A stretch of 64,000 nucleotides of DNA, from assembly GCA_013239625.1 (NCBI GenBank), contig MU053379.1, positions 4,609,229-4,673,228 on the forward strand, given 5' to 3'. This stretch comes from Lama guanicoe (lineage: Eukaryota). Shown in pieces: positions 35,353-48,500 of the stretch; within the stretch, counting starts at the first letter, position 1, and each line of letters begins with the position of its first letter. Both the position numbers and the translations under genes were made by a program. The notes beneath the pieces are model-generated. The model had not been told where the DNA came from. It saw only the letters and a list, made by a program, of their open reading frames with translations, and ran no database searches.

Positions 35353-38300
35353 ATGACCAGACCCTGGGGGGCCCGCCTGCTCCTGCTCACCATTCCGCTG
35401 GCCCTGGTGGACAGCGCGGACCTCGACAATATGAAAGTCAAGGTGCTGAGAGAATTGAAGAAAGTGAGCCCCTCCAGTGCCAACGTGAGGCAGGGCCTGT
35501 GGTTTGCCATGCAGGAGTTCAACAGGGAGAGGGCCGAGAAGCACCTCTTCCAGGTGGTCAAGGTGCTACAAGTCCACCTGCAGGTAAGGCGCCTCCCCTT
35601 GTTGGTGCATTTGCACCTGGTGGCCCAGACCGAGGCCAGGCTAGGAGGGCGGGTGTGGGGGTCCCTGGTACCAGCGGCAGCAAATGTGCGCCCCACACCC
35701 TGGAGGTAGGAGGTCTCGCCTTCGAGGAGCCGCTCCAGGCACCCGGTGGGGCCAGACCAGGGCATCGGGATGTGGTGGGTGCCACAGACCCCCTGCTAAA
35801 GGTGTGTTTGGGGAGAGAGGACACGGGGGGCAGAAGTTGTTTACGGCTTGCTGAAACTTTCAAAAGTAAAATAAAGCTTTTTTGAGCAAAGCCGCACGAT
35901 TGCCCATCAACAGGTCATGGATTGTTTGGGAAACCTCATTGAGGCCGACACTGCCTGCACCAATTGCAGGAAGCTCTGCAAAGGCAGCGAGAACTGTGTC
36001 CCGAAGGGAAACCCCAGGCCGGAGGAGGCAGGTGCAAACCAACCGTCCGCGGTGGCCCTGGCTGCTCTGAGCCCCCCGCAGAACTCGGGGTACCCAGACC
36101 TCCTCCTTGAGGTCAGCATCACTCCTGGTGTTTAGACAGCGGGGTCCCACCTGCAGAGTCTGATTCAGTGGGTCTGGGCTGGGACCCAAGAGCTGGCATT
36201 GCTAACAAGCCCCGGCAGGATGAGGGGAGCTGCTCGGGCCTCGGTGCCTCACCTGGAGAACGCACCTGCTCCACACGTCTTGGCGCGGGAAACAGGGCCC
36301 GCTGACCGGTGCCCGTGGTTACCTGTGCCCAGAACTGCGTCCGTGAGCTCCCGTGAGCAGGTCTGCCGACTGCAGCCGCAGACGCCCGGCACGACAGACA
36401 CTTCCAGCAGCGGTATGTCTGGGCCGTCCCATCTTTTATGTCGGTTTTGTCTTTTCCCGGAAGCAGAGTGTGGTGGTTTCAATTTCTGTTTTTTGCTGGG
36501 CTGGTTGTGGTTGCAGGAAGGTTGTTGCTTTTTAGCTATTTGCAGAAAACACTCAAGAGAAGGGAGGAGAATTGTCTCCAAGGGGCTCGTTTGTTCTGCC
36601 GTTCCCGTGGCCCACCTCGGGCGTGAGACCAGGTCTTCACGCAACACGTTTATCAGTGAGGAAAACCTCGCCTCCTTCTCTCCAAGTGTTTCGAGTCGCG
36701 CGGAAAGGGAGCGACGCTGGCCACCGCTCGCGCTCCTGGACTCGATGGGGTTCTTTGCAGTATTTACGTCGTCACTAAATATTCTGTCGTGTTGATTTCT
36801 GAAATTCCTTCAACACTCGTTTCACTATTTTTTAAATTAAGAATGTTTCAGAGGGTAGGACTAGCTCAGAGGTCAAGTGCAAGCTTAGCCTGCACGAGGT
36901 CCTGGGCTCAAGACAGCACTTCCATTAAAAACAATAAGAATAACATTTAAAAAATTAATCAGTCGAGAGTGTTTCCTTCTAGGAGTTCTCCTTTCAGCAC
37001 CTGCACGCGCACAGTAAGTGGCCCTTCTCCTCTGACCCACTCGTGCAATAGACTGAAACAGCAGGTTCCTCAACGGCGAGCCCTTCTTCCCCGTCCGGGA
37101 CACGGAGCACCTGTCCCTTCCTGGCAGTTCTCCAGCCTGACTCGAACGTCAGGGTTAGTTCTCACCCGCATTGACTGACGGTGGCGACAGGTGCACAGGG
37201 AGCCCGGGTGCGGGTCTCGTTGGTGAGTCTGCACCTCTTCAAGGTCCTGGACGGCTGCGCGTGGACGCGGCGGGGCGGCTCCTTGCTCCTCTGACCCGCT
37301 CGGCTCTGTGGAGCCTGCTGTCCACGTGCACACCTGGCATTCCCGTGTCTTTGATGGTGAATGTCCAGGTCTCTGTGGGTGCGGGGGCGCGGTTCTGGAG
37401 GGCCACCCGGGGATACGCTCGTGCACGTTGAGGTATGATTGGCTTCAGTTCATATTTTGTATTTTTACATTTTATGTAACTCCACTAACTGGAGTTAGCG
37501 TTACCTGGGTGACAGCAGGTCGGCCCCTTCCTCGGGTCCCCTCCCTTTGTGGGCGCCATTCTGCGGGGCCAGGCTGGGAGGGACGGCTGGTCGGCGGAGG
37601 TGTCTCTTCTTGCGGCTTAGGGTGCAGGGGGCCATGAACCACTGTCCGTGTAGGAACTTTGCTTTTATGTGTACGAAGTGCTCACACTTCCCTAGTGTGG
37701 AGAATGTGGCCCCACACGCACGCAGACACAAGGGCACGCACGTGCACACACACACAAGGTTCATGGCCTCGTCCCAAACTACTGAACCAGAACGTCAGGT
37801 CCAGACACCCCCCACCCCCGTTGTGTCGCTGGAGCACCCTGCGTTAGGGACAATGACTGTTTGATATGCGGCCGCCCTTCATTTGCTGGCGTTTTAGGGT
37901 GCTCCATTTAGTCGGGGAGTTCGGGTTATAATTGGTTTCTCAGTTCTGTTTGGTTCCAGGGTTTCTCTGGTCTGGTGTCATGAGAATGAGGCTTTCCATC
38001 ATTTCTGTGATCTGGTTCCGTTAAAGACCAAAGGAGGTCTGGGGTCCCAGGGCTTGATGACTTGGTGTTTTTTGCGGGTTTGTGGGAGGAGGCGGCGCGT
38101 AATGCCCTTCTGCACGTGGCAAGGACCCACAGGGACCTAAGCCCTCCTCCCTGCCACCCTGGGGTGCTGAGTGCCTCCGTGGTTCCAGGCAGCGATGGAA
38201 GATGCCCTTCGCTGTCTTCCAGGACCGCTGCCTGCCTGGCCCCATCCTCCGTCCCTGCCCCCGTGCACCCGTCTGTGACCCACAGATGGAACATTTCACT

Positions 38301-38836
38301 TGTCATTTCAGCGGCATTTCGAGAAGGAGAGAAGCGGCCTTTGGAGGAAAAGGTCCGTTCGGCCCCAGAACCCGCCACATTGCTCTTCCCTGGTGTACGC
38401 GTTACCAGGGCCCAGGGCGTTATGGGGCTTTACGATCACCCACATCACGCTGTGCCTGGCACAGAACCGCGGCGCTTACGCTGTAGAAAATACTCGTGAG
38501 AATTAAAAACAAAATCAGCTTTGCATCCAATCTCCCCCCAAAATATGATTATTGGTACTTGCTGTCCCTCGGTGGGTGGGGCAGTGGGGACCGAGGCCCC
38601 TGCAGGTCCCTGCGTGTAAGGCCTGACGCCTCCAGCCAGCAGGCTCCCGGGGACCGCCCTTGGGCTGACGACCGTCTTCCTAAGCTGACGCCCGGCACCT
38701 TGCCTTCTCTCGCGGCCGCTGCTGAGCTCTGCGTGGTGCTGGTCTCTTTCAGATTCGGAGGTGCACCTTCCTGGTGGGCGCGCTCCCCTGGCACAGCGAC
38801 TTCACCGTGATGAGGAAAGAGTGCGTGGACGTCTAG
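35353..38836 (+). CDS. CST8: Cystatin-8 (CRES), 142 aa if the GC donor is used; join(35353..35583,35914..36027,38753..38836)
   Basis: Exon 1 MTRPWGARLLLLTIPLALV...VLRELKKVSPSSANVRQGLWFAMQEFNRERAEKHLFQVVKVLQVHLQ|gtaagg; exon 2 cag|VMDCLGNLIEADTACTNCRKLCKGSENCVPKGNPRPEE|gcaggt; exon 3 cag|IRRCTFLVGALPWHSDFTVMRKECVDV*. LLTIPLALV, LWFAMQE and FLVGALPW are CST8 signatures. Functionality uncertain (see findings). Confidence 0.85.
36095..36262 (+). mobile_element. MER5A-like DNA transposon relic
   Basis: cccacctgcagagtctgattcagtgggtctgggctgggacccaagagctggcattgctaacaag...cacctggagaac. Confidence 0.55.
36851..36945 (+). mobile_element. vic-1-like SINE
   Basis: tagctcagaggtcaagtgcaagcttagcctgcacgaggtcctgggctcaa + A-rich tail. 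Confidence 0.7.
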
Positions 38837-39397
38837 GGGCCCTGGGCCCCGCCGCGGCCCCCTCCTCCGCGCCAGGAGCCCGGCATGCGCGCTCTCACCA
38901 ACACGCTCTCCTCACCGCTGCCCGTGGCTTGCTGTTTTGCTTCCTAGTCTCGCATCAGGTGGTGGCGAACGATGGGTGTGTCCCAGTCCTCCTTCCTGGC
39001 CTGGGGGAGGCTGCTCGCCGTGCAGCCCGCGGTGCACCGCCCGCCACCGGGAACAAGGACCGTTTGCCGCTGAGCATAAGGTGGTGGGGGGTAAGGTCTG
39101 ACTCTCTCTCCCACTGACGTCTCGGGGGAATCCCTTTGTGATGGGTACCGCCCCTCACAGGGGCCTGAGCCCAGTGGGTACCAACTCCCAGGTGCCCCTG
39201 GGAGGCGTCCTTTGGCTTGAGGGCCGGGTCACCTAGGCGGGCTGGGGGCCCCCCTGGCAGAAGCAGCGCCCCCCCCCCGGGTCTCTGTGAACTGGGGGAA
39301 TTGTTGTATCTTTTGCTGTAAATGTCAACGGTGGTCACAGAGAGGGAGGGGTGAGGGCAGTAAAGCCTAAAGAGGAAGCCCAGTGTTCACATGTGTC

Positions 39398-39512
39398 TGT
39401 GTGTGCAGGAGTGTGTGCAGGAGTGTGTGCAGGAGTGTGTACAGGTGTGTGTGCAGGAGTGTGTGCAGGTGTGTTGCAGGAGTGTGTGCAGGAGTGTGTG
39501 CAGGTGTGTGTG
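39398..39512. repeat. 12-bp minisatellite (gtgtgtgcagga)n, ~9 copies
   Basis: Directly visible tandem units. Confidence 0.9.
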
Positions 39513-42500
39513 CTGGACTGGGAGACAACAGGGCGGGAGGGGGCAGGCTCATGGCCTGTGTGCACCTTGGAGGGGTCCCCTTCCTATGTGCTCGGTACAC
39601 AGAGACCCAGTAGGTGCATTTCTAGGGTCTCCAAAGGAGCCTGGGGCAAAGGGTCAGGACCCGGAGATGGCAGTATGTGCAGTGGCCCCCAGCGTCCACC
39701 CTGTGTGGGGTTGGGGGTGTGGCCGCGTGGACCAGCCCTGGGAATGGACCCAGGCCAGCGAAGGGGGCTGCTCCCCCTCGACCTCGTGAATGAAACAAGG
39801 AAACCACTCTGTTTCCGAGGCTCATGGGATAGATTCAGGTTCGCTCCTGAGAAACAGAGGAACTCGGCCAGGGAGGAGGGAGGGGAGGAGTGGCCGGGCT
39901 GTGGCCAGAGCAGAGGCCCAGGAGGCCCAACCTGCATGACCAGCTGGGGTCGGTGAGAGATGGGGCCCTTCTGCTGATGGGGGGTCCTGTGCCCACGTGC
40001 TGGCCTCGGTGGTGAATGGCACGTCTGCCCCGGAGGCCTGGGACTGAGACGGGTCCTGCACTGGCCTGGCCAAAACGGCTCCTGCCCATCCTCCCAGCTC
40101 CGCCCCTCCACCAGGGCCACCTGTGGGTGCTGCTGTCACAAAACTGAAACCAAGCGGACGTCCCCCTCTCTCACGGCCAAAGGTGAATCAAGGGGACGTG
40201 AGCCTAACCAGTGGGGAGGCCAGCTCACCAGCTTCTGCTGGATGTGCGGGTCAGCTCGCTGCCGCCAGCCTCACCCAGGGCCAGCGAGAGCTTCACTCCT
40301 CCCTGAGGAACCGTCCTCTCCTGCAGACTGCCTGGTGGATCGTCCAGGAGGAGAGGCGACTTGCAGGGCCTGGACGACCCCTGTGCAGGCCACTGATGAC
40401 GCCAGTGGGGACCAAATGTGCCTTCGTGCGCCCATGCGGCCCATAACATTTTATGCCCCAGCTCTACCCCGCGCACCGCCCAGTCACCCAGCGGCAGGTC
40501 TACGGTGGCCCCATGCCTGTCAGCAGAGACGCTCCACACGGGCACTCACACGCCCTGCCCCTCCCTCAGTGCTCCCCACCTCGGTGCTGGGCAGCCGCCC
40601 AACTCCTCCCTGCAGCCACTGGCCTGGCCTCTGTGGTGGAAGGCAGGCATCCCCAAGAAGCGGGGGGAGCGGAGGCCAGAGTGCACGGGGCATGAGCACG
40701 TGCGGAGGAGCTGTGGGCCAGGCTTGGCAGGTGGAGCCCGGAAGCCGCAGTGTCTGACCGTCTCTGCACAGAGCCTGGCCACCCGGGACCAGTCCTGGGT
40801 GACAGCCTCCCTTCCCAGATGTCAGTATGTTTGTGCACAGGGAAGCGAGCCTTGGGCCCTGGCGGGGCCACAGGAGTCCCCTGGCCGGGGGGCGAGGTCA
40901 GGGGCGACGTGCAGCCACCTCCCAGACACAGGCGGGTCTGCACCACAGGCACTGGCCCCTGCAAGGGCAGGGCCACGGCCTCAGGCCGGCGCAGGAAGTG
41001 GGGTTCTCGTCCCAGCTCTGCCACCTTCTACCTCCAGGGCCTCGTTTGCTCACCTTTACCTTGAAGAACAGCACACCTGCCTCTCTGAGAGGTGCTGGGA
41101 CCAGGGCGGGGGAGGGGACGCAGGGCTGGCACTTCTCACGGGGGAGGGGTGATGCTTTGGCCCAGCTATCAATCAATGCTTGGACGCTTACACCTGCGGG
41201 TCCCTGCTGGGGTCAGGCCGGGCAGTGGCCTGGGGGACCCTAGGCAGCAGAGACCTGAGCCCTGGCCTCTGCTGCCTCCTCCCACTTCTCACTGCCAACC
41301 TCGTCCCAGTAGAGATAGAAAAGTGCTAGTTCTGTGGTCACTGTCATTCTTGAGCTGACACAGAGTGTAACTGTTGCAGCTTCAAAGTGGGCCAGGGACG
41401 AAACAACCTGCAGTGCTCTTGTCCGAAGCGCAGTGTCCTTGGACCGGACAACGGGGAGGGCGTGGGTGTGGGAGTCTCCGGCTTTATCAGGACACCAGGC
41501 GTGGCTGCAGCGTGCACCCCGGGCAGATAGTACGTGAATCTGTGGGCCCTTCTGAGGAAAAGAGCTCGTCCCCTGCCCCACGCCGCCCCCACCACAGGCA
41601 CTACAGCGACAGGCTCCCAAGCTTCCCGACGCGGTGGGCTCACCCCAAGGTCTGCACGTGTGCGGCGCCCAGAACCCTGCCTGCCCCTCCCTGTGCAGAA
41701 ACTCCATGTGCACGAAGGAAGCCTCTTCTGCAATCACTCACCATCCCACCCACCCTTGCCGGTGGAAAAAGCCAGAATGTGGCTCCGTGCTGCTGCCAAG
41801 ATGAGGAATCTGCCCTGTCGTGGGACTAACTTCCACTTGCTCAGTGTCACGGCAAACTTCACCCACAGGAGAAGCCAGAGCCAGGCTGCAGAACGGAGAA
41901 CTGCTCCAAAGTCCTGGGGACAGGCCCCCATGCTTCCTGCCAAAAGGCAGGTTTCTGCAGGGCTCCCCGATTCAGCCACCCCTGGAGCAGGCCTTCAGGG
42001 CATGGCCGCAGTCAGACTAGCTTTGCTGGAATCCCGAGTCTCCCAGCCTGGCTGAGTGCCGGTGAGGACAGGCACCTTTCCCAAACTAGGACCGGAGCCA
42101 GGGGTCAGGCCCCGGCTGGCGCCTCCCGGGAATCCCGCTGCGCTGGGCCCCGTCCTGGCTTCTGCTGCCCTCGCTTAGCCTCTGCCTTGACTGGTGGTCG
42201 GTGAGTGCGGACGCGAGGAAGGTGGTGGCACCACTTCCTTCCAGGCCCCCTCGGGGCGGGGTCTGAGCCTCAGGCGCAGCGTCTCATGGGGGCCTCTCTC
42301 TGGGAGAGAGATGGGCTGCCCTGCCTCCAGGCAGGGTGGACGGTGGGGAGCTTTGTGGGGTGGTGGTCAGAGTGGAGAGACAAAGGGACAAATAAATCTC
42401 CGAGGAACTTATTTCAGTGACGTTATCTGGCCCCACCGCCCGGGCAGCTCCAGAGTTTCCGCAGGGGGCTCCCCCGTAGCAGTAAGGGTGGAAGGAGAGG

Positions 42501-44337
42501 CCAGGATCTGTCCTGAGCTGTTTTCCCCGGCTTATGTCAGAATGAGCCCCACTTGTCCACATCAGGAAGTGGTGAAGGTGCCGATGGCCGTAACCATGGA
42601 GCCAAGACCCCCAGTTCAGCCGCGGGCCCACCAGGCTTCTGCCTCCCGGGACCAGTTCCAGTGTGATGCTCGCTCCATAGGCGCCGCCTCTGAGGCGGCT
42701 TGTGAGGCTCCCTGCACACCAAGGACCCACGGACGCCCCTCCCCTTCACCTAAACCCTGCCGGGGCCGCTGCGGCCGCTGGGGCTGGCGAGATGGGCCTG
42801 CGTGGACACAGCTGGGGAGGACGCCTTCTTGTGAACGGTTCTGTTCTCCCTCATTCCAGCCAAAGCCTGCTCTCTCCAGCCACAGGTCCAGGACAGGATC
42901 TATCCAGACGGAAACATTTAGGCAATGACTACTCTACTCCAGCCCAGAAAACCGTGCCCCCACCCGCTTTTGTGCACTTCGGCAAATATTTCTGTGGGAT
43001 AAAACTCTGGATGTGGTGCATCGTGTTGACGACTATGCAGCTTTTCAGGGTTTACCAGGGATGGTTCCCGTGTGGGCCTGCGGAATTCACAGAAGGATGT
43101 GGGTTCTCTGAGGAAACTGTCTTTTCTTTGGGGTTTTAAAGAGCTTTTTCAATAAAAGGGAATTTAGCCTGTTGCCAAATATCTTTCAAGTAACTTGTTC
43201 TGTGTTCCCAGTCCTCCCTTGGCGGTCGGGGAGAGGGGTGTGTGCGTACAAACTGCGGGCCCAGGTCTGTCACTCTCCGCTCTGGCTCCTGTGTTTCTGA
43301 CGAGCTCAGACAGGGCTGCTGAGGCCAAGCACGGGACTTGTCTCTGACACCGGCCCTTTAGCAGGGGCCTCGTCGGCCCGAGAGGCCGGCTTTCTGTGTG
43401 GAATTTTCTTGTGGGTCAGGTAGGCTCCTGCCCATGCTCACCTGTACCCTGTCCTGGGGACACTCTCCCAGCTTCCGAGCTCTCAGGAGCTCCTGACTGC
43501 GGCCGAGCCAGGCCCTCCGTGCAGAGCGGGCTGGAGCTCCGACCCTCAGGGAGCCTGGCTTGGGCCCCGAGAATCACAAACGGGAAAGGAAATCCGACAA
43601 GGGAAGGTCTACCTGCCCGGGACAAGGCTGGAGGCTGGGTGGGGACAGCTGACGGGCCAGCGGGGATCGGTCCCCCGCTCACCCCCAGAGGACAGTCACA
43701 CCTGCACCGCTGCTGCCCGCCTTCCACTCCACGTTTCTGGCCTGGGCACCTCCCGCAGCCTCCCCGCCAGGGCCTCGCAGCCCAGGCCCCATGCGCCTGG
43801 CTGACGGAGCCTCCTCCGGTCTCTAAGCCGCAGGGTCACACGACAGGACAGCCCTGGAGGGGTTTCGCTCCCCGCTGCTCCACCCGAAGCGCTTCTAGAA
43901 ACGTGAGCAGTCGGCAGGCGTGGAACTCTGCTGGGGCAGGTGGCTCCCGTGAGCCTGTGGACTTCTGAGCCAGAGGGGCCCCTGTCGGGGAGCCAGTCAC
44001 TCACGCAGCATCAGAGGGGCAGGGCTGACATCACAAAGGGGCCACAGAGGTGACCACTGGTGGGAGGGCAGATGCACCCCGACTTCAGCCCCTGGGCCAT
44101 GAACTGAGCGCGCTGGAGACAGCACGCGGGCCACGGGACAGGAGCCGGCGAGCTCGGGTCCTCAGGAAGGAGGAGGACCTGCTGCGGCTGGCGGCCGCTT
44201 GGAGCTCTGCCAGCCGGGGAGTGGAGAGGGGCTGGGTGCTTAGGTGGGTCTGGGTGCAGCTGTGCTGGGCAGGAATGACGCGGGCAATTACTGCAGAGGC
44301 CGCGGGGCGGGAGTCAGCAGCTCGAGCCCCATGGGTA

Positions 44338-44345
44338 TGACGTCA
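44338..44345. promoter_or_regulatory. Perfect CRE palindrome TGACGTCA upstream of CST13
   Basis: Exact consensus ~1.25 kb upstream of the CST13 ATG; a near-CRE TGACATCA lies at 44026-44033. Confidence 0.35.
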
Positions 44346-45213
44346 GCGCTTGCCATCCAGCGGGGGGCAGGGCAGCCAGAGCGCAGGTGACCACAGGACG
44401 AGCTGGGCCCCGGGCATGGCATCCCCTGTGCACCAGCCTCCCTGCAGGGCAGTGATGTGCACTCTGAGCAGGTGTGCAGCCCGGTCGGCCTCCAGCGGTG
44501 AGGGTCTGGCTGGCGACTCCTGGGCAGAGGGCGCGGGCCATAGCGCATCCCCGGCGGGCATCTGAGCTGAGACCTCGTGAGTGTTCGGTGTCATGTGTGT
44601 CTGCCAGCTACCAGGCATCTCCTGGTCTCGCCATCACGCCCTCTGTTTGGCTTGGACATATTGTCCTTACTTCTCTGTGGCGAGCGCACCCCCGGACCCG
44701 GCCTGTCTCGAGCCGCTTGCCTGCTCCTGGTTTGCACCTAACACATCGGCCCCTGGGCCTCGGCCTCACTAGCCGCCCTTGATGAGTTTCTCCTGCAGAA
44801 GGAGCCGCCTCGAAAGCAGACACTGGGTCGGCTGTGGTCCCTTGTGCGCGTGGGTCAGACTGCGACGGGGCGGTCCCAGAGACACTCCTCCTGTGGAAAG
44901 GGTTTCCCAGCCTCGGGGGGACGGTGGGGATGAGACGTCCCCCAGCGGCGAGGGCCCAGCGAGACTCCCTGGTGCTCGGGGACGGATGCCAGCGCGTCGC
45001 TCACCAGCCCGACCAGAGAAAGCCGTCTGAGCCGGTGTGAGGTCTCCATGCTCGTGCTGGGAAGGAGACAAGGGGAAGGAGGGTGTAGAGGCCACGTTCT
45101 CCCCGGGCAGTGTGTGTCGCAGGTCCAGTGCTGTCTGCGTGCAGACCTGTGCGCGCTGGGCACACGTGGGCCTTGCAAACAAGGGCTGGGGGCCGAGCAG
45201 CAGGAAGAACAGC

Positions 45214-45360
45214 TGTGTGTGCGCGCGTGTGCATGAGTTGGTGTGTGCGCGCGTGTGTGCGTGCGCGCGTGTGCGTGCGTGTGTGTGCATGCATGTGCGC
45301 GCGTATGTGCGTGTGCGCGGACGTGTGCATGAGTGTGTGTATGCGTGTGTGTGTGTGTGC
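45214..45360. repeat. Alternating purine-pyrimidine (GT/GC)n tract
   Basis: gtgtgtgcgcgcgtgt... ~145 bp. Confidence 0.9.
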
Positions 45361-45584
45361 CCACCTCCACCACGTGGGTGCACGGAGATGTGCATCCTCC
45401 CAGAAAGGAAGCAGCCAAGATGGGAAACTGGACTGAATTGCACACTTTGCAGGCAGCTGCTTTTGGTGGGGAAGATGATGTTAACAGCAGTTTTTTCCTT
45501 TTCACTCGCAGCAGAACAGGGCAGGGCCCCCCAGGCCTGGGAGGACAGAAGAAACTTGGCCCAGGGCCCCTTGGCTGGCCTGTC

Positions 45585-48500
45585 ATGGCCAGGCTCTGCC
45601 CCAGCCTGCTGCTCCTGGTGGCCACTGTGGCCCTGGCGTCCAGCGCTGCCCACGCCTGGGGCACGCCGAAGGTGGTGAGGAAGTTCCAAGACATCCCGAA
45701 GTCCTACGTGTACGTGCAGCAGGCTGTGTGGTTCGCCATGAAGGAGTACAACAAAGCCAGTTCGGACAAGTTCGCCTTCAAGGTGGTGGAGATCCTGAAG
45801 TCCCAGGAGCAGGTTGGTGGCTTTGGCTCCCCCTCTGTCTCCGGGCCTGTGGTAGAGGCAGGCCCACTGACGTGGGGAGCAGCTGAGAGAGGCCCTGAGC
45901 CAAAGTATGTGAACTTTATTTTAGGGGATTGGGGAAGAAAATCGATTAAATCTCCTCCCATACAATTCTGGGGTAAAATACAGCACATCCATTAAGATAA
46001 CTTAGAGTTGGCCACCATCACATCAGAAGGCGCAGGTGAGGGCCTAGAAGGGCCCTTGGAGGGGTCGTTTTTGGGAGTTTGAGCGGACCTCATTCACAGG
46101 GGTCGTGTGGGCGGGGGTGGCTTGTGACACAGCAAACCAGCAAACAAACTCCACGTCCAGCTTTCACTGAAAAAGGAACTGGGGCCGAAGGGAAGCTCTT
46201 CTCTATAGAAAAGTGCCTGCTTACAGCTGTGAACGACCGTGAGACTCGAGCATCACCTTTGGCAACCACCAAGGTCATGAGGGGCTCGGGCAGAGGCCAG
46301 CAGTGACCCTCCCCCCGCGGGGACAGCGTGGGAGGGAGAACCCCTGCAGGGAGTCCCTGCTGAGTAACTACAGCCAGGATGCCCGGGGGCCTCGCTCCCC
46401 GAAGGCCCGTGCCAACACCGGGGCAAACTGAACGCCACGCGCCTCCGATGCGGCGTCACTGGAAGGGCACCCCCGACGCACCCCCGGCGGTAATCACGAG
46501 GGCAGTTAGCGTCTCCGAGCCCGACTGGAAGGATTAGTGTCGTGAGACAGGGGAGCAGGGGACACTTCTCCATTCAGGGAGGCTTAGGAAACAAGGGGAT
46601 AACTGCCGGGGGTGGTTCTGTATTGCCTCTTGGACTTAAAATAATGCTGGAAAGGCTGATGTGAGGACAGCGGGAGGGGTCTGAACATGGACTGTGTCTT
46701 AGAAGAGCACGTTGAACCAATGCTGTGTTTCCTGAGGAAGAGCTGTCCTGTGGTTTTCGCAGGGGCCGGAGCTGGGGGGCAGGCCGGTCTGCTGGAGCCC
46801 GAGGCGTGGGGAGAGCCCGGGTTGTAGGTGACCCTGGCCCGACCTGCATCTCTGCCCTCCTGTCACCACCAACCTGCCCGTTTCCTGCCTTCTCGTGTGG
46901 TCGGAAGGTGCAGGCAATGCCTCCACCCCACAAGAGGCCGGACACTGGCAGCCTCACCCGCTCTACGTGGTGGGTCCTGGGCTCCCCCGGTCCTCTGTGC
47001 GGCCCCGGCTCTGTCGTTCGTGTCCACAGTCAGTGGTCACCTGCCGAGTTCGGACGTCACGGGTGTCAGCGTGGCACCCGTTCCTCGTGAGGCTCCCCCC
47101 TCCCAGGACCAGCCCGCTTCCCGGGGCTTCTCCTTCCCTGTACTCCCCATTTATCAAACAGAAATGGTGGGTCCTGCCTCATAGACAGGGATTCAGTAAT
47201 AAAACAAACCAGAGACCCACGTGTCCCAAAACTTAGGTCTCATTTCGTACTGTTTGCTAGTTCTTTTCATGAACGTACATTTTATTTCTCTGCTCTGCCA
47301 GCTCTTGAATGCAGATAAGGATGCAAAAGAATCAAGGAGAAACAGGTTCAAAGAGGCCAGAACAGGGGCCCTCCTTGAATGGAGGTGGGCTCGCGGGGCT
47401 GGGGGTGCAGGAAGATGCGGAAAGTCAGGGATTTGGGGGTGTGCCACGTGGAGTCGGGGTGGATTATCAACACTGCCAAAGCTTCAGGGAGAAGCGATAC
47501 ACTCTCAGCAGATACTTTAAATACAAGAGAGACTGAGAAACAGAGATCGAGGTACGACCAGCCCTTGTTACCCCAAAACTCTGACAAAAAAAAAACAGCC
47601 GTAGGAGGGAGGGAGGGAGGGAGAAACAGCCTCTGTGCTGAGCAGGGATGGCATGTAGGTTTAGCCACTTGATCACGGACGCCACGTACTCTTTTATGAG
47701 GTCTGACCTTAAATTACTCTCGGGCAGATCACGGATAGCTTGGATTACCTCATTGAAGCCAAGATTGCCCGGACAACATGCAAGAAAGTTTCAGGAGGAA
47801 ACGAGAACTGCTCAGAGCAGCAGGACCCCCAGATGCAGAAGGTAGGTGCTCAGACGGCGTCCAGCAGACCTCGCTCGCCCAGCTCGACATGCCTTCGTGT
47901 CCTGCGGAGACGCCTCCCTGCCTCTGCCGTGGGTGGGTCTCAGGACGCCTGCGGGTCCCCGTGTCCCTGTGTCCCTGTGTCAGAGCTCCTGTGCATTCGA
48001 GCGTATTTGCTTTCTCTAGTTATTTACTGAGACCTAGAAGGGAAGAAAGGGTGAATACGTGAGCTCCTTGGAAAACAAATTTTAAAACTTGATATTGTTT
48101 TAGATACAGGCCTGATTCACTTCAGGTAGAAAAGTTGGGCGTTTTCAGAAGACTTCAGTGGCTTAAAATCAACTAGAAAGACGCTTGTGTAAAGTTTACC
48201 CCGTCGGCTTGTCACGTAGCCAAGTTTTTTCTGTATTTTGTATTTGGGTTATTGTGTAGCCGGGATCACACTGTGCACCGTTCCACAATTCAGATGCTTA
48301 TTTGACAATAAAATCTAAGGATTCCCAAACTGTAACATTATTTGAGGGCACTCTATAGCGGAACTAGTTGACGTCATTTAACGTTTACACATAGTCTTCA
48401 GTCGATCCCGGAGAATTACTCACGTTTTCCTCATTTTCAGCCGTTGCGAGCGTGTCCTAATGAATGTTCTTCCTTACTTCTGTCTGTGTGTGTCTGGCTG

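Noticed and set aside
39398..39512. Short regular repeats as a CRISPR-like array
   Set aside because: Tandem units with no unique spacers, in mammalian DNA.
41734..41979. Minus-strand 'LLLWVKFAVTLSK' resembling cystatin 'VEFAV'
   Set aside because: Similarity is limited to about 5 residues; no signal-peptide spacing, FN/Y motif or splice donor support.
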